A DNA stretch of 64,000 nucleotides, from positions 2,496,001-2,560,000 of the forward strand of contig OZ250150.1 in the NCBI GenBank assembly GCA_965237675.1. The letters run 5' to 3'. The notes below the pieces were generated by a model, which ran no database searches, was not told where the DNA came from, and worked only from the letters and a program-made list of their open reading frames with translations. The translations under genes and the position numbers were made by a program. This document shows positions 8,667 through 17,776 of this stretch, piece after piece; the first letter of the stretch is position 1, and every line of letters starts with the position of its first letter. This stretch comes from Candidatus Latescibacterota bacterium. Its GTDB lineage: Bacteria; Latescibacterota; UBA2968; GCA-2709665.

Positions 8667-10301
8667 ATGCAGTCCATATCAGAGTTTCTAAGCGGAAAGA
8701 CGCTGTTTGTCACCGGTGCGACGGGGTTTCTGGCGAAGGGATTCGTGGAGAAGATCCTGTTTTCCGCGCCGGAGGTGGCGCGGATCTATCTCCTGATCCG
8801 GCCGCGGTCGCGTTCCAAGGGCCAACGGGTTTCCGAAACGGAACGGCTGGAGTCGGAAGTCCTTCAGTCGCGCGCGTTCGCAAGGTTGAGGACGAGGTGG
8901 GGCGCGGCGTTTCCTTCGGTCATGGCGGACAAGGTCATCGCGGTCGCCGGCGATCTGACCGAAGACGGACTGGGGATTTCCTCCGCGCAGCGCGAGCGTC
9001 TGGTCGAAGAAGCGGATTTCGTTGTCAACTACGCCGGCACCGTGGTTTTCGACGAACCCATCGACAGTGCGCTCGAACAGAATACAATGGGCGCCGCCCG
9101 GGTCGTGGCCTTCGCAAAAACCTGCCGGAAAGCCGCGCTCGTTCACGTGTCAACCGCGTACGTGAGCGGACAGCGGACCGGCCGGATTTCCGAGGCTCCG
9201 TTCCCCACTGACCGAAGCGTGGCGGATCTCATCAACGGAAGCGCGGCCGGGTTCGACCTGCAGGGAGAGATCGATGCCATTCGCGCCTTTGCCGACGAGG
9301 TGCGGGCGTCTTCCCGGCGGCCGGAACTGGAGGCGGCGTTCCTGAAACAACTCAGGCGTCAGGACCGGGGCAAACGCGTGACCGACTACCGGAAAGCGCA
9401 CCAGGTCGAGGCCCTTCGCCAGCGCTGGATCCGGAAGCAGTTGGTGGACGAAGGGATGCGCCGGGCGCGGCGGCTGGGTTGGAACGACAGTTACACGCTC
9501 ACCAAGGCGATGGGTGAGCAGTTGATCGTGAAGTCGCGGGGAGAACTTCCAACGGCCATCGTCCGGCCGGCGATCGTGGAAAGCAGCCTCGAGGATCCTG
9601 AGCCGGGCTGGGTGGAGGATCTGAAAGTGGCCGATCCCCTGATCGTCCACTACGGCAAAGGCCGGCTGTCGAATTTCCCCATCGATCCGGGGATCGTGCT
9701 GGATATTATACCCGTGGACGTGTTGAACAACGCCGTCACGGCGGTTCTTCCGCAGATACGCCGATCTGGGGAGATCAAGGTCTACCAGGTGGCCTCGGGT
9801 TCGCAGAATCCGGTGCGGGCGGGTGAAATTGTCGAACTGGTTTACGGGTACTTCAAAACCTCGCCCATGCAGGACCGGGACGGGCGGCCTATTGAAGTCC
9901 GGCCCTGGCAGTTCATCAGCAGGAGACGATTCTTCTGGATCGTTGTCTGGAAATACAAGCTTCCGCTGAGCCTTTTGAAGGCGGCCGTGGATTATTTGCC
10001 CGCCCGATGGTTTTCCCGTTACCGGCGGCGGGTTTCCGGCATGGAGACCATGCTGGAAAGGCTCGAGTCCCTGGTCGATATATATTGCGGGTACACCCAT
10101 CTCGACTGCGAATTCGAAACGGAGAATACCCGCCGGCTGTTCCAGGCGCTGAATCCAGAGGACCAGAAGGTTTTCAACTTCGACGTGACGCGCATTAACT
10201 GGCGGAAATATATCCAGGAGATTCACATTCCGGGATTAAAACACCACGTATTGAAAGAGGGGGACGGAGCGGTTTCCGTGTTAACCGCCGAAGCCGATTG
10301 A
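8667..10301 (+). CDS. Alcohol-forming fatty acyl-CoA reductase (NAD_binding_4 plus Sterile domain)
   Basis: TGATGFLAK, HVSTAYV, catalytic YTLTK, IVRPAIV, DIIPVD and C-terminal FNFDVTRINW match the FAR/Male-sterility family. Confidence 0.9.
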   Translation: MQSISEFLSGKTLFVTGATGFLAKGFVEKILFSAPEVARIYLLIRPRSRSKGQRVSETERLESEVLQSRAFARLRTRWGAAFPSVMADKVIAVAGDLTEDGLGISSAQRERLVEEADFVVNYAGTVVFDEPIDSALEQNTMGAARVVAFAKTCRKAALVHVSTAYVSGQRTGRISEAPFPTDRSVADLINGSAAGFDLQGEIDAIRAFADEVRASSRRPELEAAFLKQLRRQDRGKRVTDYRKAHQVEALRQRWIRKQLVDEGMRRARRLGWNDSYTLTKAMGEQLIVKSRGELPTAIVRPAIVESSLEDPEPGWVEDLKVADPLIVHYGKGRLSNFPIDPGIVLDIIPVDVLNNAVTAVLPQIRRSGEIKVYQVASGSQNPVRAGEIVELVYGYFKTSPMQDRDGRPIEVRPWQFISRRRFFWIVVWKYKLPLSLLKAAVDYLPARWFSRYRRRVSGMETMLERLESLVDIYCGYTHLDCEFETENTRRLFQALNPEDQKVFNFDVTRINWRKYIQEIHIPGLKHHVLKEGDGAVSVLTAEAD

Positions 10302-10428
10302 CCGGCCTGTGGGCGTTGGAGGTTCAAGGTCGTCAACGGTCGTAGATTCCCGTGATCGGGACGCGTCCGGGGCGTTTCGGAACCGGGGGCGGGCGGGCTT
10401 CCGGCTCTTTTTTTGGGACTGTGGACGT

Positions 10429-12369
10429 ATGGATCGAAATCAATCGGTTCCCGTGCACAAGATGCTGGTGCAGGATCCGGCACGGCTGTGTATCGCATAC
10501 GACCAAGCCGCCGCGGAACTGATCGCGGCCGTGACGCCCGAGGGCTATTTCGAAGGGTGGGCGCCCGAGGATCTGACGTGGCCGGCCGGCGGCCCCGAAG
10601 AGATCGGACTTGAAGGACTGGAAAAGCGGGCGCGGATCGTGAACGCGATTCACCAGGGCGTTCCGGCGCTGCGAGACAGGCGTTTGAAGGAGGCCCACGC
10701 CAATTTCGACGAACTGACACCCGCGTACCACGAAGGCAGCAGAATCTACCTGCGGCTGCAGGATCAGTTCGTGTCCACGGGCGCGGGCACGGCACGGGAT
10801 TTTCTCAAGCGCTACCAATCTCTGTACGTGGAGGCGCTGGCGAAGGGGGACGATTTTTCGCCTGACATGGGCGAGACGTCCCTCGCGGAAGCCCGGATCT
10901 CCCGGGTGCCGTTGTCCCACGCCAGGGCCGTGGCGGAAGCGCTTTCCCGCGTGGCGATGGACGACGATCCTCTTTGGGAGGCCGAATACGTCTGTACGGT
11001 GGATGGAACAACGTGGAAGGGATCCCTTCGGAAACTCCTGGAAGACGTGGCTGCGCGGACGTTGCACTACATTGCCGCCGGAGAGCTTCTCGCCACGCGC
11101 TACAATACGTACAACAACCTGGGATGGTTCGGCAGTTCGGTGTGGAAGGTGGTCGCGGAAGCCGATGTCCTGCTGTGCCGGATGGAAGAAATTGATCCCG
11201 CTCGCTTGGCGGCCCTTAAGGCGGACGTGGCCCTGGGCCAGAGCATGCTGGTGGAGTTTCTGGCGGCCCACCGGGAAGATCCCTCCCGGCTCAGGCCGGA
11301 GAATTACTGGTACGGGCAGCCGTACAGTTATCTGACGCGGGATATGGTCGACCTGAGCGCCCGAATCGTAGATGGCGTGAATACGGTGGTACGAGAACGG
11401 GACGGGTTGACGGATATGGCGCTCCCTCCCCTGCTGGCCGGCACCCGGACCGGTCGGTTTCTGGACTACGCTCACGTGGGAAAAACGGAGGAACTGACGT
11501 CCTTTCGGCGCAAGCTCCGGATGTTGCGGTGGGCAAGGTGCTGCTGGCGGGTGGGGAAACGCAGGCGACGGATCGCGGAGGAGGATCTCGCGCCGTCTCT
11601 CAGGCACCAGCGTGCGTGGGACGTCTGGCTGGCGTGGTCCCGGGATACGATGGATGCGTTCGGCATCCGCCTGGATGTGACCGTGGCCCCCATGTTTCGC
11701 ACGCTCGTTCGGGAAATGGACCTTTCCGGTGGCGGTCAGAAGATTCTGTTCCTGCCCTCGCACCAGAGCATGCTGGAGCATTTCGTGGTGTTTTCGGTGT
11801 TCAACGATCCGGTGTTTCTGGATGCCATGGGATGGGATCGTTCCCGCCCGGTGGTACAGTTGGCCCGCACGGGTCTGGCGAAGTCGACGTCGGTGAAGAT
11901 CGGATCCCGCGAGATCAGTATCTTCGGTATGTCTCCCGACAAGTTCGACCGGATGTTCGAGACCGTCGACGGCTTCATCACTCGAGACAGCGTGGATATC
12001 TCATCCCATACGATTCCGCGCATGCTGCAGGAGATGGAACACCGCCCGGGTCTGATCTATCCGATGGGCACAACGGCTTCCTTCGACGTGCAGTTGTTTC
12101 CGCTGCAACACGCTTTGTTTGCGAAACTGCCCCAGGACGTCGTGATGATTCCCATCGCCTTTCGCGGCAGCCATTCGCTCTGGCCAAAGTGTCCGGCGCG
12201 TAATCTGAATATCAATCCAGGTGTGATCGAGGCGGTGATCTTACCACCTATGCCAGGCGAGACCACGTTGCTGCCTCGCCGCCGGTCCCTGCGAATCCAG
12301 CTGGAGGCCGCCAATCTGCTTCAGGCGGTCCATATATCGAATTTGCTGAATCCGGAACCGTCGCAATGA
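10429..12369 (+). CDS. Uncharacterised N-terminal domain fused to a divergent glycerolipid acyltransferase (LPLAT/PlsC fold)
   Basis: The C-terminal third has LFLPSHQSMLE (HX4E variant of HX4D), LIYPMGT (variant of FPEGT) and MIPIAFRG. Confidence 0.65.
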   Translation: MDRNQSVPVHKMLVQDPARLCIAYDQAAAELIAAVTPEGYFEGWAPEDLTWPAGGPEEIGLEGLEKRARIVNAIHQGVPALRDRRLKEAHANFDELTPAYHEGSRIYLRLQDQFVSTGAGTARDFLKRYQSLYVEALAKGDDFSPDMGETSLAEARISRVPLSHARAVAEALSRVAMDDDPLWEAEYVCTVDGTTWKGSLRKLLEDVAARTLHYIAAGELLATRYNTYNNLGWFGSSVWKVVAEADVLLCRMEEIDPARLAALKADVALGQSMLVEFLAAHREDPSRLRPENYWYGQPYSYLTRDMVDLSARIVDGVNTVVRERDGLTDMALPPLLAGTRTGRFLDYAHVGKTEELTSFRRKLRMLRWARCCWRVGKRRRRIAEEDLAPSLRHQRAWDVWLAWSRDTMDAFGIRLDVTVAPMFRTLVREMDLSGGGQKILFLPSHQSMLEHFVVFSVFNDPVFLDAMGWDRSRPVVQLARTGLAKSTSVKIGSREISIFGMSPDKFDRMFETVDGFITRDSVDISSHTIPRMLQEMEHRPGLIYPMGTTASFDVQLFPLQHALFAKLPQDVVMIPIAFRGSHSLWPKCPARNLNINPGVIEAVILPPMPGETTLLPRRRSLRIQLEAANLLQAVHISNLLNPEPSQ

Positions 12370-12459
12370 GAATCCGCGCCGGGACGTCCGGGGTTATCCC
12401 TAAGGTTTGGTCGGCCGCGTTCGCCGGGCTCGGCCGGTTTCGGTAATCGGGAGTGCGTT

Positions 12460-14307
12460 ATGACTGACTGGGGAATTGCAGCGGTTGCCGTAGCGGTTGT
12501 TCTCGCGGTAGCGCTTCTGGCGAAACGGAGGCGATCCGAAAGCGAACCGGACGCTTTTTTCGATCATTCCGAAGCGGAACGATTCCCCCACAAGTGGGGA
12601 TATACGGATACGAGGTTCGAGTTCGTAGACGACCGGACAGTGAGGGTAACCGGGAGCCGGTACCCGATTTCGGGATACCGGATGCCGTTTCTGGTCGCCT
12701 TTGTGGAGGACGTGCTGGGCATTGCGATCCGAAGGGAAGACTCGTACGAAGAGCGTGAGGATACCGGAACGCCGGAGCCGAACGTGGAAGCAGCTTTCGG
12801 TAACGCGGTGAAAGAACGGTTCAGAGAAGGGCAGGTTTCGTTCGATCCCAAAGCCAGGCTGGTGCACAGCCACGGACAGCTGAGTGTTGAGGAAGTGTAT
12901 CGCGTGATGTATGGAGATTCACTTCCGCGTCTGGTCGATCTGGTGTTCTATCCGGAGGATGAGGCCGACGTCAAGGCCATGATCGAATTGGCCAACGAGC
13001 ACAATGTCTGCCTGGTGCCGTACGGTGGGGGGACCAATGTGAGCGGGGCGCTGGCGTGTCCGCCAGACGAGCGGCGCACGATCGTTTCCGTGGATATGCG
13101 TCGGATGAACCGGGTGCTGTGGATTGACGAGGCGAATCTGCAGGCCTGCGTCGAGGCGGGTATTTCGGGAAAGGAACTCGAGCACGTGCTCGGTGAGCGG
13201 GATTACACGTCGGGGCACGACCCGGATAGCGTGGAACTGTCCACGATGGGCGGGTGGATTTCGACCAATGCCAGCGGGATGAAGAAGAACCGGTATGGCA
13301 ATATAGAAGACATCGTGCTCGAGGCGACGCTGGTGACGCCCACCGGCGAAATCGCGACCCGCCGGGTGACGCCCAGAAACTCGACGGGTGTCCAGCCCAG
13401 GGTGTTTTTGTTCGGCAGCGAGGGCAATTTCGGCATTATCACCTCGGCGGTGATCAAGATTCATCCGATCCCCGAGGCGCGTAAGTACGGGGCGCTTGTT
13501 TTTCCGGCCTTCGAGAAGGGCGTGGAATATTTGAAGGCGCTTCGGCAGACCGGAATGCTGCCGGCGAGCATCCGCCTGGTCAACAACAACGAATTCAGGT
13601 TCGGGCAGGCACTGAAACCGGAGCCGACATTTTTAAAGGGCGTCAAAGACCGGATCCAGAAGTTCGTTCTGATAAAGGTCCTGGGTTTCGATCCGGAGAA
13701 GATGGCGGCATGTACCATCGTGATGGAAGGCACGCACGATGAAGTGCGCCAGCAGGAACGCACGATCTTCAGCCTGGCGAAAAAATACGGCGCCAAGAGC
13801 GCGGGCGCGAGCAACGGCAAGCGGGGATACTCGCTCACGTTCGGGATCGCCTATATTCGAGACTTCCTGAATCAGTACGGCATTCTTGGCGAGACATTTG
13901 AGACGTCTGTCCCATGGGATCGGGTTCATCAGGTGTGCGATGCGGTATCCGGCGAACTGGTTACGCAGGCCGGCAGCTACGGCGTCCCCGGAAATCCCTA
14001 TCTCTCGTACAGGGTGACGCAGACCTATCATACCGGAGTCTGCATCTATTTTACGATGGGCATTTACGGCAAGGGCCTTGATCGGCCCGGCCGGGTGTTC
14101 CACGCGATCGAACACCGGCTGCGTCAGGTGATTCTGGACAACGGAGGCTCCTTGTCGCACCATCACGGCGTTGGCAAGGTGAGGCGGGAATTCCTGCCTC
14201 AGATTCAGACCGATAACAGCATCCAGGTCATGCGCCAGGCGAAGAACGCGATGGATCCGAAGAACATCTTTGGGATACGCAACGGCGTTTTTGGGGGAAC
14301 TGACTGA
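12460..14307 (+). CDS. Alkyl-dihydroxyacetone-phosphate synthase (AGPS-like FAD enzyme) with an N-terminal membrane anchor
   Basis: KWGYTDTRF, PYGGGTNV, GHDPDSVELSTMGGW, ASGMKKNRYGNIED, IAYIRD, ETFETSVPWD, RVTQTY and GSLSHHHGVGK all follow AGPS motifs in order. Confidence 0.9.
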   Translation: MTDWGIAAVAVAVVLAVALLAKRRRSESEPDAFFDHSEAERFPHKWGYTDTRFEFVDDRTVRVTGSRYPISGYRMPFLVAFVEDVLGIAIRREDSYEEREDTGTPEPNVEAAFGNAVKERFREGQVSFDPKARLVHSHGQLSVEEVYRVMYGDSLPRLVDLVFYPEDEADVKAMIELANEHNVCLVPYGGGTNVSGALACPPDERRTIVSVDMRRMNRVLWIDEANLQACVEAGISGKELEHVLGERDYTSGHDPDSVELSTMGGWISTNASGMKKNRYGNIEDIVLEATLVTPTGEIATRRVTPRNSTGVQPRVFLFGSEGNFGIITSAVIKIHPIPEARKYGALVFPAFEKGVEYLKALRQTGMLPASIRLVNNNEFRFGQALKPEPTFLKGVKDRIQKFVLIKVLGFDPEKMAACTIVMEGTHDEVRQQERTIFSLAKKYGAKSAGASNGKRGYSLTFGIAYIRDFLNQYGILGETFETSVPWDRVHQVCDAVSGELVTQAGSYGVPGNPYLSYRVTQTYHTGVCIYFTMGIYGKGLDRPGRVFHAIEHRLRQVILDNGGSLSHHHGVGKVRREFLPQIQTDNSIQVMRQAKNAMDPKNIFGIRNGVFGGTD

Positions 14308-14393
14308 CGGAGAAATTGGGGAAAGGCGACGGATGGGTCGTGCTCCGAGCCCGCAAAGTCTTTCTCTTATCTCTTTTAATATTAATTTTTTAC

Positions 14394-14666
14394 GCCCTTT
14401 TTCTTTCTCGCCAAAGAAAAAGGGCCAAAAAGAACGGCGCCGCTCGGCGCGGGGCCGTTCTTTCCGTGAACCACCTTAGCAGCCCGTTGAAAAAGTCCAT
14501 CCGGGCTGCGTCCGGCCCTCCGTTTCGCTAAACGGTATGTGGCGGTATGGTCTTCTTCCGTCTACCCTCTAGCACGGAAAAACCCCCCACGTGTTTTCGG
14601 TCTTGCCGCCAGGTTCACCTCTACCGACTTTAGCTGACGGCTGTCTACTGACCGCCGATAGCTGAC
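14394..14666. repeat. Intergenic composite repeat: palindrome, dispersed GC-rich repeat, IS-end-like motif and heptad array
   Basis: CCCTTTTTCTTT/AAAGAAAAAGGG hairpin at about 14394-14423; GCAGCCCGTTGAAAAA at about 14479; heptads AGCTGAC GGCTGTC TACTGAC CGCCGAT AGCTGAC at 14632-14666. Confidence 0.55.
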
Positions 14667-14684
14667 TTTAAATGGTTTTTTTTT

Positions 14685-15491
14685 ATGTTCGACGGAAAGA
14701 TCGTTGCGATAACCGGAGCGTCGTCGGGTCTGGGCGCCACGCTGGCGCTGGCGTTCGCGGAATATGGAGCCGATCTGGCACTGTTCGCGCTGGACGAGGG
14801 TGTACAGGACACGGCGGCGCGTTGCCGGGAGCGGGGCGGCCGCGTGATTACGGCCACGGGCGACGTTGGAAAACCCGAGGACTGCGAGGCGTGGATCGGC
14901 GCGGCCGTTGCCGAGTTCGGGGCCGTGGATTATCTGATCGCGTGCGCCGGGATCAGCATGTGGGCCAGGTTCGACGAGGTGGAGGACCTGGGGATTTTCC
15001 GCAGGTTGATGGACACGAACTATCTGGGTATCGTGCATTGCGTGTATTACGCGCTGCCCCATCTGAAAGCGCGCGACGGGATGGTGGTGGCGATATCGTC
15101 CATTCAGGGCAAGATCGGCGTGCCCATGCACACGGGATACGTGGCCTCCAAGCATGCCGTGCAGGGGTTCTTCGAGTCGTTGCGGACGGAGTTGCTCGAC
15201 ACCGGCGTGGACGTGCTTACGGTGCTGCCACACTGGCTGCGCGGGACCAATTTGCGCAAGGCGGCCTTCGGAAAGGACGGCGGCTCCCTGGGCCCGTCCA
15301 GCCGAAAGCACAGCAGGGAGTCGATTTCGCTGGACGACGCCTGCAAAGCCATCATCGAGGCCATGAAAAAGAGGAAGCGGGAACTGATTATTCCGTTCAA
15401 GCTCCGTTTTCTGCCCTGGCTGCACCTGATCCATCCGAAGATCGTCGAATACCTGGTAACGCGAGGCGTGGCGAAACAGGAGAAGGGTTAA
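14685..15491 (+). CDS. Short-chain dehydrogenase/reductase, DHRS7B-like
   Basis: TGASSGLG, catalytic S (ISSIQGK) and YVASK. Confidence 0.9.
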   Translation: MFDGKIVAITGASSGLGATLALAFAEYGADLALFALDEGVQDTAARCRERGGRVITATGDVGKPEDCEAWIGAAVAEFGAVDYLIACAGISMWARFDEVEDLGIFRRLMDTNYLGIVHCVYYALPHLKARDGMVVAISSIQGKIGVPMHTGYVASKHAVQGFFESLRTELLDTGVDVLTVLPHWLRGTNLRKAAFGKDGGSLGPSSRKHSRESISLDDACKAIIEAMKKRKRELIIPFKLRFLPWLHLIHPKIVEYLVTRGVAKQEKG

Positions 15492-15537
15492 TGTCGGGTT
15501 GGGCCGGCGGGTTGCAGTTGGAAGCGCGGGACAGGAT

Positions 15538-16227
15538 TCAGGAAAAGAGTCCATCCACGTCCAGGTGTTGTTCAATCAATTCGGGCATGCATCCAAGGTC
15601 GCCGGCGTCCACGTCCACGCCGGAATCGTAGGGCAGGATGCCGAGGGACGGAATTCCGGAGACGCGGAAGATCACGTCCGGGCTGGTGCGGGCGGCGCGC
15701 GGATCGCCGTCCCGGGTGGTATTGTAGACGACGCCTCTGACCTCCAGGTTGCGCTTTTCAGCGGCTTCGAGCGTCAGCAGGGTGTGATTGATCGTGCCTA
15801 ATTCGGCGCGGGCGACCACCAGCAGGGGCAGGCCCAGCCGGCCCGCGAGGTCCGCGACCATGACATCATCCCGAATCGGAACCAGCAGGCCGCCCACGCC
15901 CTCCACGAGAACGGTTTCGTGAAGGGTTGCCAGGCGACGATAGGCATTGACGATGGGTTCCAGGTGGACGTGGCGACCTTCCAGTTCGGCTGCCACGTTG
16001 GGCGACAGCGGCGCGGCGAGGCGCACGGGGTTGATCAATTCGAGGGAATCGGAGACGCCCGCGGCATTCTTGAGGAATCGCGCGTCGGTTGTGCCGCCGG
16101 ATGAGACCGGCTTGAACACGCCAACGTCAACCCCGCGGCCGCGAAGGACGGCGGCGAGACCGGCGGTCACGGCGGTTTTGCCCGCACCCGTGTCGGTGGC
16201 GGTGACGAAGAATCCCCTGGGTCGCAT
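15538..16227 (-). CDS. bioD: Dethiobiotin synthase
   Basis: TATDTGAGKT, FKPV, LVEGVGGLLVP and LGTINHTLLT. Confidence 0.95.
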   Translation of the reverse strand: MRPRGFFVTATDTGAGKTAVTAGLAAVLRGRGVDVGVFKPVSSGGTTDARFLKNAAGVSDSLELINPVRLAAPLSPNVAAELEGRHVHLEPIVNAYRRLATLHETVLVEGVGGLLVPIRDDVMVADLAGRLGLPLLVVARAELGTINHTLLTLEAAEKRNLEVRGVVYNTTRDGDPRAARTSPDVIFRVSGIPSLGILPYDSGVDVDAGDLGCMPELIEQHLDVDGLFS

Positions 16228-16310
16228 TTTCAATGTGTCTCCGGAAGCGGGGCGAACCCGTGCAGTCGCGCCCGGGGGTCTCTTTCAGGCCGCCGACAGG
16301 CGGCTTCTGA

Positions 16311-17678
16311 TCAGGCGGGGCCGGTTACGGCTCGAATGGATTCGCAGGCGATATCCATCAGTTTTTCGAGATCGCCGCTGGAGATAGCAAGGGGTGGCAT
16401 GAGCACGATGGTATCGCCGAGCGGGCGGATGAGGAGGCCCCGTTTTCGGGCTTCGCCGCAGACACGGACGCCGACCCGGTCCCCCGGAGGATAGGGACGG
16501 CGGCAGGATTTATCGGCAACCAGTTCGATCCCGGCAATAAAGCCGCACTGCCGCACGTCGCCCGCGTGGGCGAGGGGCTCGAAACGGGCGAGTCGGCGCG
16601 CGAGGAGATCGATCTTGGGCCGCAGGGACGCGAGCACGTTCTGGCTTTCAAAGCGCTCGATGGCGGCCAGGGCCGCGGCGCAGCCGAGGGGATTGCCCGT
16701 GTACGTGTGGCCGTGGAAAAACGTCCTGCCTTCGGTGTCGTCGCCCAGAAAGGCATCGAAGATGTCACTGGTGGCCAGTGTGACGGCCACGGGAAGGTAT
16801 CCGCCGGTGATGCCCTTGCCCAGGCAGAGGATGTCCGGCGCCACGTCTTCTTTCTCGCAGGCGAACATGGCCCCGGTGCGGCCGAAACCGGTGGCGATTT
16901 CGTCGGCGATAAGCAGGACGTCGTGCGCCCTGCAGAGGTCGGCGATCCCCTTCAGATAGCCTTCCGGATGAACCAGCATACCACCCGCGCCCTGGATGAG
17001 CGGTTCGACAATGAAGGCGGCGATGCGGTGCGCGTCCCGCCTGAGGATGTCTTCCGCCGCCCGGAGGCAGCCCTGGCTGCAGCCGGCGTCTCTGTTGCAG
17101 AACCCGCATCGGTAGGGGTGAGGCGCGGGCGCGTTCAGCGAAGGGAAGAGGAGGGGGCCGTAGGTCTCGTGGAAGAGATCGATGTTGCCGACGCTCATCG
17201 CGCCGATGGTGTCGCCGTGATAGCTCCGGGCGAGGCTGAGGAAGGTTGTTTTTTCGGGTCGCGGATCCGGCTTCTGTCGCCAGTACTGGAAGGCGATCTT
17301 GAGGGCGATTTCCACGGCGCAGGCGCCGGTGTCCGAGTAGAACACGTGGCTGAGCCCGGCCGGGGTGATTTCCACGAGTTTTTCGGCCAGCCTGATCGCG
17401 GGTATGTTGGAAAGACCGAGGAGCGTGCTGTGGGCGACCTGGTCCAGCTGCCTGCGTATGGCGGCGTCGATTTCCCCGACACGGTGGCCATGGACGTTGC
17501 ACCACATGGACGAATAGCCGTCGAGGTACCGGTTACCGTCGATGTCCTCCAGGTAGACGCCGTCCCCGCGCGCGATGACAATGGGGTCCTCGCGTGCGTA
17601 CGTGCGCATCTGGGTGAACGGGTGCCAGACGATGCGGCGGTCCAGGTCTTTGAGGCGGGCCTTGTCTTCGGGGGACAT
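16311..17678 (-). CDS. bioA: Adenosylmethionine-8-amino-7-oxononanoate aminotransferase
   Basis: WHPFTQM, SYHGDT, DEIATGFGRTG, PLP lysine in LGKGITGG, and HGHTYTGNP; adjacent to bioD. Confidence 0.95.
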   Translation of the reverse strand: MSPEDKARLKDLDRRIVWHPFTQMRTYAREDPIVIARGDGVYLEDIDGNRYLDGYSSMWCNVHGHRVGEIDAAIRRQLDQVAHSTLLGLSNIPAIRLAEKLVEITPAGLSHVFYSDTGACAVEIALKIAFQYWRQKPDPRPEKTTFLSLARSYHGDTIGAMSVGNIDLFHETYGPLLFPSLNAPAPHPYRCGFCNRDAGCSQGCLRAAEDILRRDAHRIAAFIVEPLIQGAGGMLVHPEGYLKGIADLCRAHDVLLIADEIATGFGRTGAMFACEKEDVAPDILCLGKGITGGYLPVAVTLATSDIFDAFLGDDTEGRTFFHGHTYTGNPLGCAAALAAIERFESQNVLASLRPKIDLLARRLARFEPLAHAGDVRQCGFIAGIELVADKSCRRPYPPGDRVGVRVCGEARKRGLLIRPLGDTIVLMPPLAISSGDLEKLMDIACESIRAVTGPA

Positions 17679-17776
17679 GATCGCGTGAACGGGGATTCGG
17701 GGATAGGCAGCCGCGCATTGGCACGGCCTCCAGGGCTGACGCAGCGGCGGATTCCGGGGGAATTGGGCTATTGCCT

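Noticed and set aside
10333-11781. 482 aa minus-strand ORF
   Set aside because: Antisense shadow of a GC-rich gene; no motifs.
8667-12369. Wax-ester synthesis as the purpose of FAR plus acyltransferase
   Set aside because: The acyltransferase lacks the WS/DGAT HHxxxDG motif, and the adjacent AGPS explains the need for fatty alcohol better. Not formally excluded.
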